Assembly: GCA_965215195.1 (NCBI GenBank)
Contig: CBDCDC010000002.1
Coordinates: 4,128,001 to 4,192,000, forward strand
Direction of reading: 5' to 3'
DNA length: 64,000 nt
DNA from: Candidatus Latescibacterota bacterium
GTDB taxonomy: Bacteria; Latescibacterota; UBA2968; UBA8231
Part shown: piece by piece, positions 1-8,737 of the stretch
Position numbering within the stretch: the first letter of the stretch is position 1
Layout of the letters: the number at the start of each line of letters is the position of its first letter
Notes under the pieces: model-generated
What the model saw: the letters and a program-made list of their open reading frames with translations, nothing else
Databases searched by the model: none
Told to the model about the DNA's origin: nothing
Made by a program: the position numbers and the translations under genes

Positions 1-2
1 TC

Positions 3-170
3 CAAGAGCTGCCGATCACCGTGGAAGACGCCGCCCGCGCCGGATCGCTGCCGGATCTCCACCGCGATCCCTTCGACCGCATGCTCATCGCTCAAGCACT
101 GATGCACAATCTCGTTTTCATATCGAATGAATCGCTTTTCGACCGGTACGGCGTTCGCCGCCTGTGGTAA
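3..170 (+). CDS. vapC: PIN-domain VapC toxin, 3' part (gene starts before the window)
   Basis: Manual translation from base 3: QELPITVEDAARAGSLPDLHRDPFDRMLIAQALMHNLVFISNESLFDRYGVRRLW*. HRDPFDRMLIAQA is the typical VapC C-terminal motif. Confidence 0.85.
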   Translation, partial: QELPITVEDAARAGSLPDLHRDPFDRMLIAQALMHNLVFISNESLFDRYGVRRLW

Positions 171-203
171 TTGATGCGGTCGTAATAGCACGCCAGGTTT
201 CTC

Positions 204-959
204 TCAGATGTTGTAGTGCAGCCCGCACTCTTTGTGGTCGCCGGCCCCCCTGTCGTGCCCGTTGAACCAGCGCCAGCGACCGGTGCGCTTGTCTTCGCCC
301 GGGCGAGTCGGGGTAGAGCATATAATGCAGCCAAAGCTCGGGTAGCCCTGCCCGTAGAGCGGATGGACCGGCAACTCGTTTTTCTGGGTGAATTCTATTA
401 GCTGTTCCTCGCTCCAATCCACTAAGGGGTTGAGCTTGAGTATTTTCCGCTGGGTGCCGTATTCATCGATCAAAGTCGCCTTCTTCGCTGTCTGCTGGCG
501 GTGCTCGGACTGATCCCAACGCTGCCCTGAAATCCAACAATCCGCAGTGCGCAACAGCGCGTTGTTGGGCCATTCCTTGCGGACTTGGCAGCAGTGCTCC
601 TGTTTTTCCTTAGAGTCAAAAAACAAATACTCGCCGTGGCGCGAAACCATCCGCTGGACATCGCCGCTCTTGGGCTGGATGACCTCAATGTGGCAGCCGT
701 AGCGCGCCTCAACTTCTTGGAGAAACGCGTACGTCTCTGGGTGGAGCCGGAGGGTGTCAATGGTCGCCACGCGCAAGTCCAGCCCGAGCGACGAGGCCAT
801 GTGGATCATGGCCACGCCGGTGTACTGGAAGCTGGTGTTGAGGACGGCCCGGCCGGGAAAGGTCTCGCTGGCCCAGCGCAACAGGGCCTCGGCCGGCATC
901 TGGGCTAGGGGCAAGTCGCGGATGTAGTGTTCTAACTGCTGATTGCGTTCTTTGTCCAT
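204..959 (-). CDS. cysH: (Phospho)adenylyl-sulfate reductase, probably the Fe-S APS-reductase type
   Basis: TSFQ, IDTLRLHPETY, CC...CxxC (HCCQVRK; GCIICS) and C-terminal GRWRW...ECGLH. Confidence 0.92.
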   Translation of the reverse strand: MDKERNQQLEHYIRDLPLAQMPAEALLRWASETFPGRAVLNTSFQYTGVAMIHMASSLGLDLRVATIDTLRLHPETYAFLQEVEARYGCHIEVIQPKSGDVQRMVSRHGEYLFFDSKEKQEHCCQVRKEWPNNALLRTADCWISGQRWDQSEHRQQTAKKATLIDEYGTQRKILKLNPLVDWSEEQLIEFTQKNELPVHPLYGQGYPSFGCIICSTPTRPGEDKRTGRWRWFNGHDRGAGDHKECGLHYNI

Positions 960-1166
960 CTCGTCGTCTGAAGCTGGGAAATGACCTCATATATAGTATA
1001 AGGAAAGAGACGCGCACGGCCTTTATGTTTATGGAAAAAGAATAGAGTTGGGCTATTGGCTCGTGGCCCGCCAGCGCACCTTCTTGCCATTGTTCAAACG
1101 ACGGGATTAGCTTTTTCAGGCTAGGTTGGGAACAGGTACGCACGCGAACCAAAGCGAGCACGAGCC

Positions 1167-3401
1167 ATGAGCACCCCAAAATTGCTGGAGCCGGTCAATG
1201 CAGCCACGGCCGCGCGGATTGCCGCCGCCCTGCCCGCTGAGGAGGAGGTGCTGATCCGCGCCGGGACGGACTTGGACGCTGCGGGTCGCTTCAGCCACCA
1301 GTGGCTGGTCGCTACTGGGCAACGGGTCCTCGTTGTGCCGGCAGCGGGCGATGTGGTGGAAATTCCGCTTGCCGCGCTCGCCGGGGCGCGGACGGACGCG
1401 CTCGTCGGCGGCGGCCAACTGGAGATCGAGCGGGTGGATGGGCCGCCCGTGCGCTTGGGGTACACCGGCTCGGAAGCGGTCAAGATGTCCGAGGTCGTGC
1501 GCGGCTTGGAGCAGCTACGCAAGGGCGAACCTTTTGCAATCAACGGCCAGTTGGACCGGACGCGCTGCCCGCGCTGCGACCGGCTCTTGCCCGAAAAAAA
1601 TGGCATCTGCCCGGCGTGCATTAAGAAGCTGGCGACCCTCAAGCGCATTGCCAGCTACATCGGTCCGTATAAGCTCAAAGCGGGCATCTTGGCCTGCGCC
1701 TCCATTGCCACGACGGTCGCGGAACTGGCTCCACCGCTGATTACCAAGCGCATCGTCGATGAGGTGTTGGTGCCGGTGGAGGGCCGCGCCACCGGGTTTG
1801 ACGAGCGCATCCACCTCTTGGGCCTGTTCGTCTTGGCCTTGGTCGGCGTCCGCTTCTTGGCGTGGGTCGCCGAATGGGGGCACGGCTGGATTGTGACTTG
1901 GCTCGGCGCACAGCTCACCGCGGATATTCGCTCGCACCTCTACCGCCGGTTGGAAATGCTGTCCTTGCAGTTTTACGACAAGCGCAAGGTCGGCTCCCTC
2001 ATCTCGCGTGCCACCCGCGACGCCGGCATGTTGCAGGACTTCCTCGTCGATGGCCTGCCCTATATCGTCATCAACGGCCTGATGGTCTTCGGCATCCTCG
2101 GGTTTTTGTTCTGGATGAGCTGGTCGTTGAGCCTGTACGTGCTGGTGCCCGTGCCCCTGATCATGCTGTGGGGGGTGATCTTTTGGAAGCGGCTGCGCGG
2201 GTACTTTGTCAAGTGGGGCCAGGTCTGGTCTGGCCTGACCGAGCGCACGGTGGAGACGCTTACCGGCGTCCGCGTGGTCAAGGCGTTTGCCCAAGAGGAA
2301 CGGGAAATAGCGGCCTTTGCCAAGCCCAACGGCAGGCTGCGCGAAGTCGCCGAAAAGACCGCGGTAAATCGCGGCGTGTTCTTCGCTACCATCACGTTCT
2401 TGACGGGTTTGGGCGTCTTGATCGTCTGGCTCCTCGGCGGGCTGCAGGTCCTCGGCGGCGCGATGACCTTGGGCACGCTGTTGGCCTTTTACTCTTATAT
2501 GTGGCTGTTTTACGGCCCGTTGGAGTGGTTCGGCCAAGTCAACTCTTGGATGTCGCGGGCCTTTGCCGGGGCCGAGCGCATCTTCGAGGTTATCGACACC
2601 CGGCCCGAGGCTTATGAGGACCCGAGCGCGGAGCGGGTGCCGCGCATGAAGGGGGCCATTCGCTTCCGCGGCGTCACCTTTGGCTACGACAAGAGCAAGC
2701 CCGTGCTGAAGGATTTTGACTTGGACATCCAGCCGGGCGAGATGATCGGCCTCGTGGGCAAGTCCGGGGTCGGCAAGACCACGACCGTCAACCTCATCGC
2801 CCGCTTCTACGACGTCGACTACGGATCCATTGAGATCGACGGCATCGACATCCGCCGCATCGCCCTGCGCGACTTGCGCTCGCAAATAGGCATCGTGCTG
2901 CAGGAGCCAGTGCTCTTTTCCGGCACCATTGCCGAAAACATCGGCTACGGCCGGCCCGGCTCCTCCTTTGCGGACATCATGGCGGCCGCCCGCGCGGCCA
3001 ACGCCCACAACTTCATCGTGGCCAAGCCCGATGGCTATGAAACCCAAGTCGGAGAAAAGGGGGCCGGGCTTTCGGGTGGGGAGCGCCAGCGCGTCTCCAT
3101 TGCCCGCGCCATCCTCCACAACCCGCGCGTATTGATTCTCGACGAAGCCACCGCTTCGGTCGATGTGGAGACCGAGTTGCAGATCCAGGAGGCGATTCAG
3201 CGGCTCGTCGCGGGCCGCACCACCGTGGCCATTGCCCACCGGCTTTCGACGTTGCGCAACGCCGACCGGCTGATGGTCCTCGACGACGGCCGCATCGTCG
3301 AGCAGGGCACGCACGCCGAGCTTATGGAGAGGCAGGGGACCTTTTGCGAGTTGGTCAATTTGCAAAAACAAGTGGCCGAAATCATCGCCATTAAGGAATA
3401 G
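1167..3401 (+). CDS. ABC exporter (TMD+NBD) with an N-terminal PH-like domain and Zn ribbon
   Basis: Walker A GKSGVGKT, LSGGERQR, ILDEAT, IAHRLST; hydrophobic TM block; CPRC-x9-CPAC before the TMD. Confidence 0.93.
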   Translation: MSTPKLLEPVNAATAARIAAALPAEEEVLIRAGTDLDAAGRFSHQWLVATGQRVLVVPAAGDVVEIPLAALAGARTDALVGGGQLEIERVDGPPVRLGYTGSEAVKMSEVVRGLEQLRKGEPFAINGQLDRTRCPRCDRLLPEKNGICPACIKKLATLKRIASYIGPYKLKAGILACASIATTVAELAPPLITKRIVDEVLVPVEGRATGFDERIHLLGLFVLALVGVRFLAWVAEWGHGWIVTWLGAQLTADIRSHLYRRLEMLSLQFYDKRKVGSLISRATRDAGMLQDFLVDGLPYIVINGLMVFGILGFLFWMSWSLSLYVLVPVPLIMLWGVIFWKRLRGYFVKWGQVWSGLTERTVETLTGVRVVKAFAQEEREIAAFAKPNGRLREVAEKTAVNRGVFFATITFLTGLGVLIVWLLGGLQVLGGAMTLGTLLAFYSYMWLFYGPLEWFGQVNSWMSRAFAGAERIFEVIDTRPEAYEDPSAERVPRMKGAIRFRGVTFGYDKSKPVLKDFDLDIQPGEMIGLVGKSGVGKTTTVNLIARFYDVDYGSIEIDGIDIRRIALRDLRSQIGIVLQEPVLFSGTIAENIGYGRPGSSFADIMAAARAANAHNFIVAKPDGYETQVGEKGAGLSGGERQRVSIARAILHNPRVLILDEATASVDVETELQIQEAIQRLVAGRTTVAIAHRLSTLRNADRLMVLDDGRIVEQGTHAELMERQGTFCELVNLQKQVAEIIAIKE

Positions 3402-3408
3402 ACCGTCC

Positions 3409-5619
3409 ATGTCCACCTTTTTGGAAAATCTGCCGCACGCGGTTGAAGCCAAAGTCGAATCGCGCAAGGGCCGCGAGGAGCAAGTCCTGATCCAAGTCTC
3501 TACGGATATGGTCGGCGAAGACCGCTTTGAGCAGCGCTGGTTGGTCGTAACGGCGAAACGCCTGATGGTCCTGTCGCCCAACAGCGCGAGCGACGACGTG
3601 GAGCTTTCGCTGCAAGCGGTCAAGTCCGCCCGCATTGAGGCGCTCGTCGGCGGCGGGCGCTTAGAGCTGGAGCGCGAGGCGGGCGCACCCGCTCATCTGT
3701 ATTACTCCAATTCACTGGCGGCCAAATTCGCCGAGGTGGCCGAGGGCATCGAACAGCTCAAAGAGGGCGAGGACCTCAACCTGCCCCTCGAACTGGACCG
3801 CACGCACTGCGAGGAATGCGGCCGCCGCCTGCCCGAAGTAGGCGGGATCTGTCCGGTCTGCATCGCCAAATTCGATACCTTTAAGCGCCTCATCGGCTAC
3901 ATGCTGCCCTACCGGGTCCAGCTAGTCTTGTTGTTGGGCCTGACCGCGTCGTCCTCGCTTTTGGAGTTAGTACCGCCCTATATCATTAAGCATCTCATCG
4001 ACGACGTGCTCGTCCCGGGCGCGGCCTCCAACCTGCTCTACTGGCTGGTCGGCGGTCTCTTCGCGGTCGGCGTGATCGAGTGGGGCGTCGGCGTGGTCCG
4101 CCGCTGGCTCAACACCCGGGTCGGCTTCCGCGCCATTGAGCACTTGCGCACGGACTTGTTCAAGGCACTCCAGTACCTGCCCCTGCGCTTTTACGACAAG
4201 CGCAAAGTCGGTGCTTTGATCTCCCGCATGAACAACGACTCGGAGATGGTCGAAGACTTTCTGCTCTTTGACATGCCCTACATCGTCTCCAATGCGGCGA
4301 TGATCGTCGGCATCTTGGGGCTGCTGTTCTACATGAACTGGGAGTTGACCCTGTACGTGCTGGCCCCGGTGCCGCCGATCGTCATTGGCTCGAGCCTCAT
4401 CTGGAGTCGCTTGCAGCGCTTCTGGGGCCGCTGGTCGGCGCGCTGGTCGCGGCTTACTACGCATCTCAACGAGTCGATCTCCGGCATCCGCGTGGTCAAG
4501 GCTTTCGCGCAAGAGCACCGCGAGTCCGAGCGCTTTGATCAGCGCAACCACGCCTTGCGCCAAATCAGCGTCAGCGCCGAGCGCTCGTGGTTGGTCTTCT
4601 TCATGGTGACCAACTTCTTTATGAGCTTTGGCGGGTTCTTCGTGTGGTATTTCGGCGGTCAGCAGATCGTTGGCGGCGACCTGTCGCTGGGCGAGCTGAT
4701 GGCCTTTATCGCCTATCTGTGGATGCTCTACCACCCGCTCAAGTGGTTTGGCGACTTCTACAGCTTCATGGTGCGGGCCTTTGCCGGTGCCGAGCGCATC
4801 TTTGAAATCGTGGATGCGCGCTCCGAGCCTTTCGACAATCCGAGTGCCCAGCGCGTCCCGGTGCTTAGAGGCCAAGTCGCCTTTGAGGACGCGGCCTTTG
4901 GCTACGATCCGGGCAAGACCGTCCTGCGCGATCTGGACTTGGTGGTGCAGCCGGGCGAGATGATCGGCTTGGTGGGCAAGTCCGGGGCGGGCAAGAGTAC
5001 GCTGATCAACCTAATCACGCGCTTTTACGATGTCTCGCACGGCCGCCTCGCCATCGACGGGATCGATATCCGCAAAATTCGCCTGCGCGACCTGCGCTCG
5101 CAGATCGGCATGGTGGCCCAGCAGTCGTTTTTGTTCAACGGCACCATTGCCGAAAACATCGCGTACGGCAAGCCCGGTGCCACGTTCGGCGAGATCTTGC
5201 GCGCGGCCCGCGCGGCCAACGCCCACGAGTTTATCGTCAAGAAGCCGGACGGGTACGACATGGTCGTCGGGGAGCAGGGCGACAAACTCGCTGGCGGCGA
5301 AAAGCAGCGCATCGCGATTGCGCGGGCCATTCTCCACGACCCGAGGATCTTGATCTTGGACGAGGCGACTTCGTCGCTCGACACCCCGACCGAAAAGAAA
5401 ATCCAAGAGGCCATTCAGCGGCTCGTCAAAGGCCGCACGACCTTTGCCATTGCCCACCGGCTCTCGACCCTGCGCAGCGCGGATCGCCTCGTGGTCCTCG
5501 ACGCGGGCAAAATAGCCGAAGTTGGCACGCACGAGGAACTCATGGCGCGCGAGGGCATTTTCTACAATCTGGTAAACACCCAACGCGAGACGTCGGCGGT
5601 CATGGCCACCAGCGGCTAG
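3409..5619 (+). CDS. Second ABC exporter with the same architecture (possible heterodimer partner)
   Basis: GKSGAGKS, LAGGEKQR, ILDEAT, IAHRLST; CEEC-x9-CPVC; starts 7 bp after the first gene. Confidence 0.93.
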   Translation: MSTFLENLPHAVEAKVESRKGREEQVLIQVSTDMVGEDRFEQRWLVVTAKRLMVLSPNSASDDVELSLQAVKSARIEALVGGGRLELEREAGAPAHLYYSNSLAAKFAEVAEGIEQLKEGEDLNLPLELDRTHCEECGRRLPEVGGICPVCIAKFDTFKRLIGYMLPYRVQLVLLLGLTASSSLLELVPPYIIKHLIDDVLVPGAASNLLYWLVGGLFAVGVIEWGVGVVRRWLNTRVGFRAIEHLRTDLFKALQYLPLRFYDKRKVGALISRMNNDSEMVEDFLLFDMPYIVSNAAMIVGILGLLFYMNWELTLYVLAPVPPIVIGSSLIWSRLQRFWGRWSARWSRLTTHLNESISGIRVVKAFAQEHRESERFDQRNHALRQISVSAERSWLVFFMVTNFFMSFGGFFVWYFGGQQIVGGDLSLGELMAFIAYLWMLYHPLKWFGDFYSFMVRAFAGAERIFEIVDARSEPFDNPSAQRVPVLRGQVAFEDAAFGYDPGKTVLRDLDLVVQPGEMIGLVGKSGAGKSTLINLITRFYDVSHGRLAIDGIDIRKIRLRDLRSQIGMVAQQSFLFNGTIAENIAYGKPGATFGEILRAARAANAHEFIVKKPDGYDMVVGEQGDKLAGGEKQRIAIARAILHDPRILILDEATSSLDTPTEKKIQEAIQRLVKGRTTFAIAHRLSTLRSADRLVVLDAGKIAEVGTHEELMAREGIFYNLVNTQRETSAVMATSG

Positions 5620-5633
5620 GGAGGAAAGACGCA

Positions 5634-6164
5634 ATGACAGGTAGCGAAAAGCTAGCGATCACCCCGATCACCGTGACCCACCCCGAGCACGTGGATATCG
5701 GCGAGCTGCGCCTCTTCCGCGAGCCGGCTTGGATCTTGCGCTTGACCATCAACGGCGACCGCTCGTACCTGAAGGTGAAGGTCGTCCGCGCCGCGCCCTT
5801 GTCCCACCCGACCCGCTATATCTGCCTGCTCGACGCCAAAGACGAGGAGATCTGTATGATCGACGACCTCAAACAGCTCGACCCAGAGGCGTGCGCCTTG
5901 ATTGAGGAAGAGCTGGACCGCCGCTATTTGACGGCGGCGATTCAGCGGGTCAACGCGGTGCGCAACGAATACGGCACTTCGTATTGGGACGTGCAGACCG
6001 ACCGCGGCCCGCGCGAGTTCGTCGTCCAGAATGTCTCGGAAAACGCCCAGTGGCTCGGCGATCACCGGCTGCTGATCACCGACGTGGATGGCAACCGCTT
6101 TGAAATTCCGCGTCTCGACGAACTGGATAAGAAGAGTTTGGCAGCGGTTGAGCAGGTCGTCTGA
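5634..6164 (+). CDS. DUF1854 domain protein
   Basis: VKVVRAAPLS...EELDRRY...WDVQTDRGPREF...LITDVDGNRFEIP pattern; paralog at 59296-59811; GGAGG RBS. Confidence 0.85.
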   Translation: MTGSEKLAITPITVTHPEHVDIGELRLFREPAWILRLTINGDRSYLKVKVVRAAPLSHPTRYICLLDAKDEEICMIDDLKQLDPEACALIEEELDRRYLTAAIQRVNAVRNEYGTSYWDVQTDRGPREFVVQNVSENAQWLGDHRLLITDVDGNRFEIPRLDELDKKSLAAVEQVV

Positions 6165-6190
6165 CCGGTGCTCGCAGTTGTAGCATGCCG

Positions 6191-6220
6191 ACCAGCCCTG
6201 CAAAAGGGGCTGGTTTTTTT
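6191..6220 (+). terminator. Rho-independent terminator after the ABC-ABC-DUF1854 operon
   Basis: ACCAGCCC-tgcaaaag-GGGCTGGT stem followed by a T tract. Confidence 0.75.
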
Positions 6221-6779
6221 GTTACAAAATGAGGGTAGGAGGTCGTAAAAAAATACAAAACTGGCGGAGTTGCTCCTTGGCCGGCGGGTCGCGGCGACGA
6301 AGGATTTTTCGTTTGCCTTGTCGTCAGCGGCCCTCTCCCCGTATCTTCAAGCTGTCCAGCATTCCTTGCAGATCCCGCCTTAGTCGGGTCATCTGCTGAA
6401 TACAATAGCCGAGACCCGGCGAAGGGTAGCTCCCTCCGCCTTGGCAAATAGGTAGAGACATCGCTGCATTCTGCAGGGGATGTTGGACATGGCCCGGCCC
6501 CTTCGGGGGCCGCCTGTTCCCCTTCTTCAACGGAAGATGCGTCGTGTTCACGCCTAAAGGCGCGGTGAAAGCCCGCTTTGCCTCCATGATTTCTACCGAT
6601 AAATAGCTGACTCGACCCATTTTCCGCGCCTCTTGGTACGCCTTTTGCGTTTGTCGTCTGAGCGCACCGGATGCTTCACCCCCTGCGTACGCGGGGGCAG
6701 GACCGGCGCGGTGAAAGCCCGCCCACTGTCTAGCGTTTATGCCACTTGGCAATCCACCCTCTAACCGATTGAGGACACC

Positions 6780-7769
6780 GTGAAAAAGGTACTGCGTCCT
6801 GTTGATTTATACCGAGTTGAGGAGCACCCCGCGTTGTTCGCCTGTGGGGAGACTATTATGGCCGCGCTCCAATACTACAGCCCCCAGCTCGCCGACGAGC
6901 GAGCGTACTACGGGGCCTTGATGAGTTGGTCGTTCTTTTTTGACGCCGAAGAGAGAATGCCGGTCGGCCTGCCCGCCGACGAGCTGATCCACCGCAACCT
7001 GTACTATCTCTACGGAATTGAGCGCCGCGAGGTGCGCCGCGACAATTTTGCCGACCTGTGGCAGGTGATTGAGGAGTCAATTGCCGCAGACCGAGTGCTG
7101 CTCGCCTGGGTGGATGCCCGCGATGTGAGCGATGCGGCCTTTCACTACAATCGCATACCCGGCGCGAGCGAAGCCATGCTCATCTACGGGTACGATCGAG
7201 CGGCGGACACATTGACGATTTTGGTTAATCCGCAGGGCTTTGTGGGGCAGGTACCGCTCTCTTTTTTGCCCGAGATGCTGCCCGAATTGGTGGTGTACGA
7301 CTACGTGGTGCCAGCGGGCCTCGACCCCTATCCAGTTAAAAAAATGGAGCAGGTCCTCTTAGAGGACGTGCGGGAGATGCTCGCGGGCAATAAGGTCGGC
7401 CGGGTAGAGACGGGCCTGCCGGCCGCGCAGCGCTTTGTCGAGGAGATGGAGCGTCAGATTGAGCAAGGCGAAGAGAGCCTGTGCGCTTGGATGCAGGAAG
7501 TGTTCGGCCAGATGGTCCTACTCGGCCCGCAGCGCCGGCGACTGGACGACAACCTGCGGCGGCTGGCGGCGGCAACCGGCTTGGGCGCCTTGTCGGCTGC
7601 GGCCGATACCTTTGGGGACATAGGCCGGCGCTGGGAGACGACGTACGACTTGTTCTTCAAGGGAGTGCGCAACGACCCGTCGGCTATGCTCAAGCGCATC
7701 CGCGAGTGCGTGCAGGGTCTGCTGAGCCTAGAAGAGGCGCAGGCTCGTTTCTTGTTGCAGTGGTTGTAG
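6780..7769 (+). CDS. BtrH N-terminal (papain/C39-like fold) domain protein with a helical C-terminal domain
   Basis: N-terminal Cys (FACGE), LAWVD...HY, LIYGYD, and GLPAAQRF...QRRRL helical tail typical of BtrH_N/DUF4872 proteins; GAGG RBS before GTG. Confidence 0.6.
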   Translation: MKKVLRPVDLYRVEEHPALFACGETIMAALQYYSPQLADERAYYGALMSWSFFFDAEERMPVGLPADELIHRNLYYLYGIERREVRRDNFADLWQVIEESIAADRVLLAWVDARDVSDAAFHYNRIPGASEAMLIYGYDRAADTLTILVNPQGFVGQVPLSFLPEMLPELVVYDYVVPAGLDPYPVKKMEQVLLEDVREMLAGNKVGRVETGLPAAQRFVEEMERQIEQGEESLCAWMQEVFGQMVLLGPQRRRLDDNLRRLAAATGLGALSAAADTFGDIGRRWETTYDLFFKGVRNDPSAMLKRIRECVQGLLSLEEAQARFLLQWL

Positions 7770-7852
7770 GGGTTCCGTTGGGGCGAAATCGGGGTATTCC
7801 GTAATCTGCCCCACCGATGGCGGTCATGGCCCGTTGAGGCTTTGTTTGGAAC

Positions 7853-7976
7853 CTAAGTACACGACAGTAGGGCCTTACCCTCGGATCGAGGGCATCTTGC
7901 CCTCGTCGAGGGCGGGACGCCCTCGATCCCGGACTCATCGCCCATCAACGACAAGGTATTGGGGTCGTGTAGTTAG
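7853..7976. mobile_element. 124-bp MITE-like element, copy 1
   Basis: Ends CTAAGTACACGAC / GTCGTGTAGTTAG are imperfect inverted repeats; internal GGATCGAGGGC...GCCCTCGATCC palindrome; near-identical to 17759-17882. Confidence 0.8.
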
Positions 7977-8055
7977 GGTTGGAACTGTGATGGGCAATCG
8001 TTAGTTTGCTTCTGTAAGCTAGAGAAAGCCTTCACCCCAACGCAAAGGAACGGCC

Positions 8056-8736
8056 ATGGAAACTCCCCAAGCCGAAGTGAGTGTCGTCGGCCGCATAGTG
8101 AGTGTCTTCTACGCTCCATCCGCGACCTTTGAGGCCGTAGCCGAGCAGCGCAGTGCTGCCGACTGGCTACTGCCGACCGTTATAGTCGCGGTGGTGATCT
8201 TTGTCTCCACGTACTTAACCTCGCCCATCTACGTAGCTGAGACGATGGAGCAGATACCCGCAGAACAGCGCAGTGAAATGGGGGGCACTGGAGACGCCAT
8301 GCGGATCAGCGGGCTGATTGCCGCGCCGGTTATGACGTTTGTCATGCTCTTTATTGGCGCTGCGATTTACCTCTTGGTAGGCAAACTACTCGGCGGCCTG
8401 CTCGGCTATGGCGAGTGCTTGGCCATCGTCGCGTACACGTCGCTGATTGCCATTCTCCAGCATATTGTCAAGACGCCGCTGGTCTTGGCCAATGAGACGA
8501 TGAAGGTGCAAATAGGCTTGGGGATGTTCCTCTCTGAGGAAGCCCGCAAAGGTTTCGGGGGTGCTTTATTGAGCTCCATCGATCCCTTTGTCGTCTGGAT
8601 GGTCGGCGTCGCCGGCCTCGGCCTGTCTATCGTCGGGCAGGTAGAGCGCAGCCGCGCCTATGCGGGCGTTGCGGCCATCACGTTGATCTTCCTCGCCATC
8701 GGCGCATTCTTCAGCACCCTCAGACCCGGAGGTTGA
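8056..8736 (+). CDS. Yip1-family membrane protein (YknW-like)
   Basis: VFYAPSATF...W N-terminus, about 5 TM segments and IDPFVVW; directly upstream of the MFP gene. Confidence 0.8.
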   Translation: METPQAEVSVVGRIVSVFYAPSATFEAVAEQRSAADWLLPTVIVAVVIFVSTYLTSPIYVAETMEQIPAEQRSEMGGTGDAMRISGLIAAPVMTFVMLFIGAAIYLLVGKLLGGLLGYGECLAIVAYTSLIAILQHIVKTPLVLANETMKVQIGLGMFLSEEARKGFGGALLSSIDPFVVWMVGVAGLGLSIVGQVERSRAYAGVAAITLIFLAIGAFFSTLRPGG

Positions 8737-8737
8737 T

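Noticed and set aside
1515-3635. 706-aa minus-strand ORF and similar long antisense ORFs (e.g. 26843-27934, 47608-48519)
   Set aside because: Shadow frames of well-supported GC-rich genes, with no recognisable motifs.
6559-6722. GGCGCGGTGAAAGCCCGC as group II intron domain V
   Set aside because: Lacks the GAGCCG...CGGTT stem and there is no RT/maturase; the motif recurs in a MITE.
6324-6752. 142-aa minus-strand ORF
   Set aside because: Runs through hairpin/repeat sequence and has no recognisable features.
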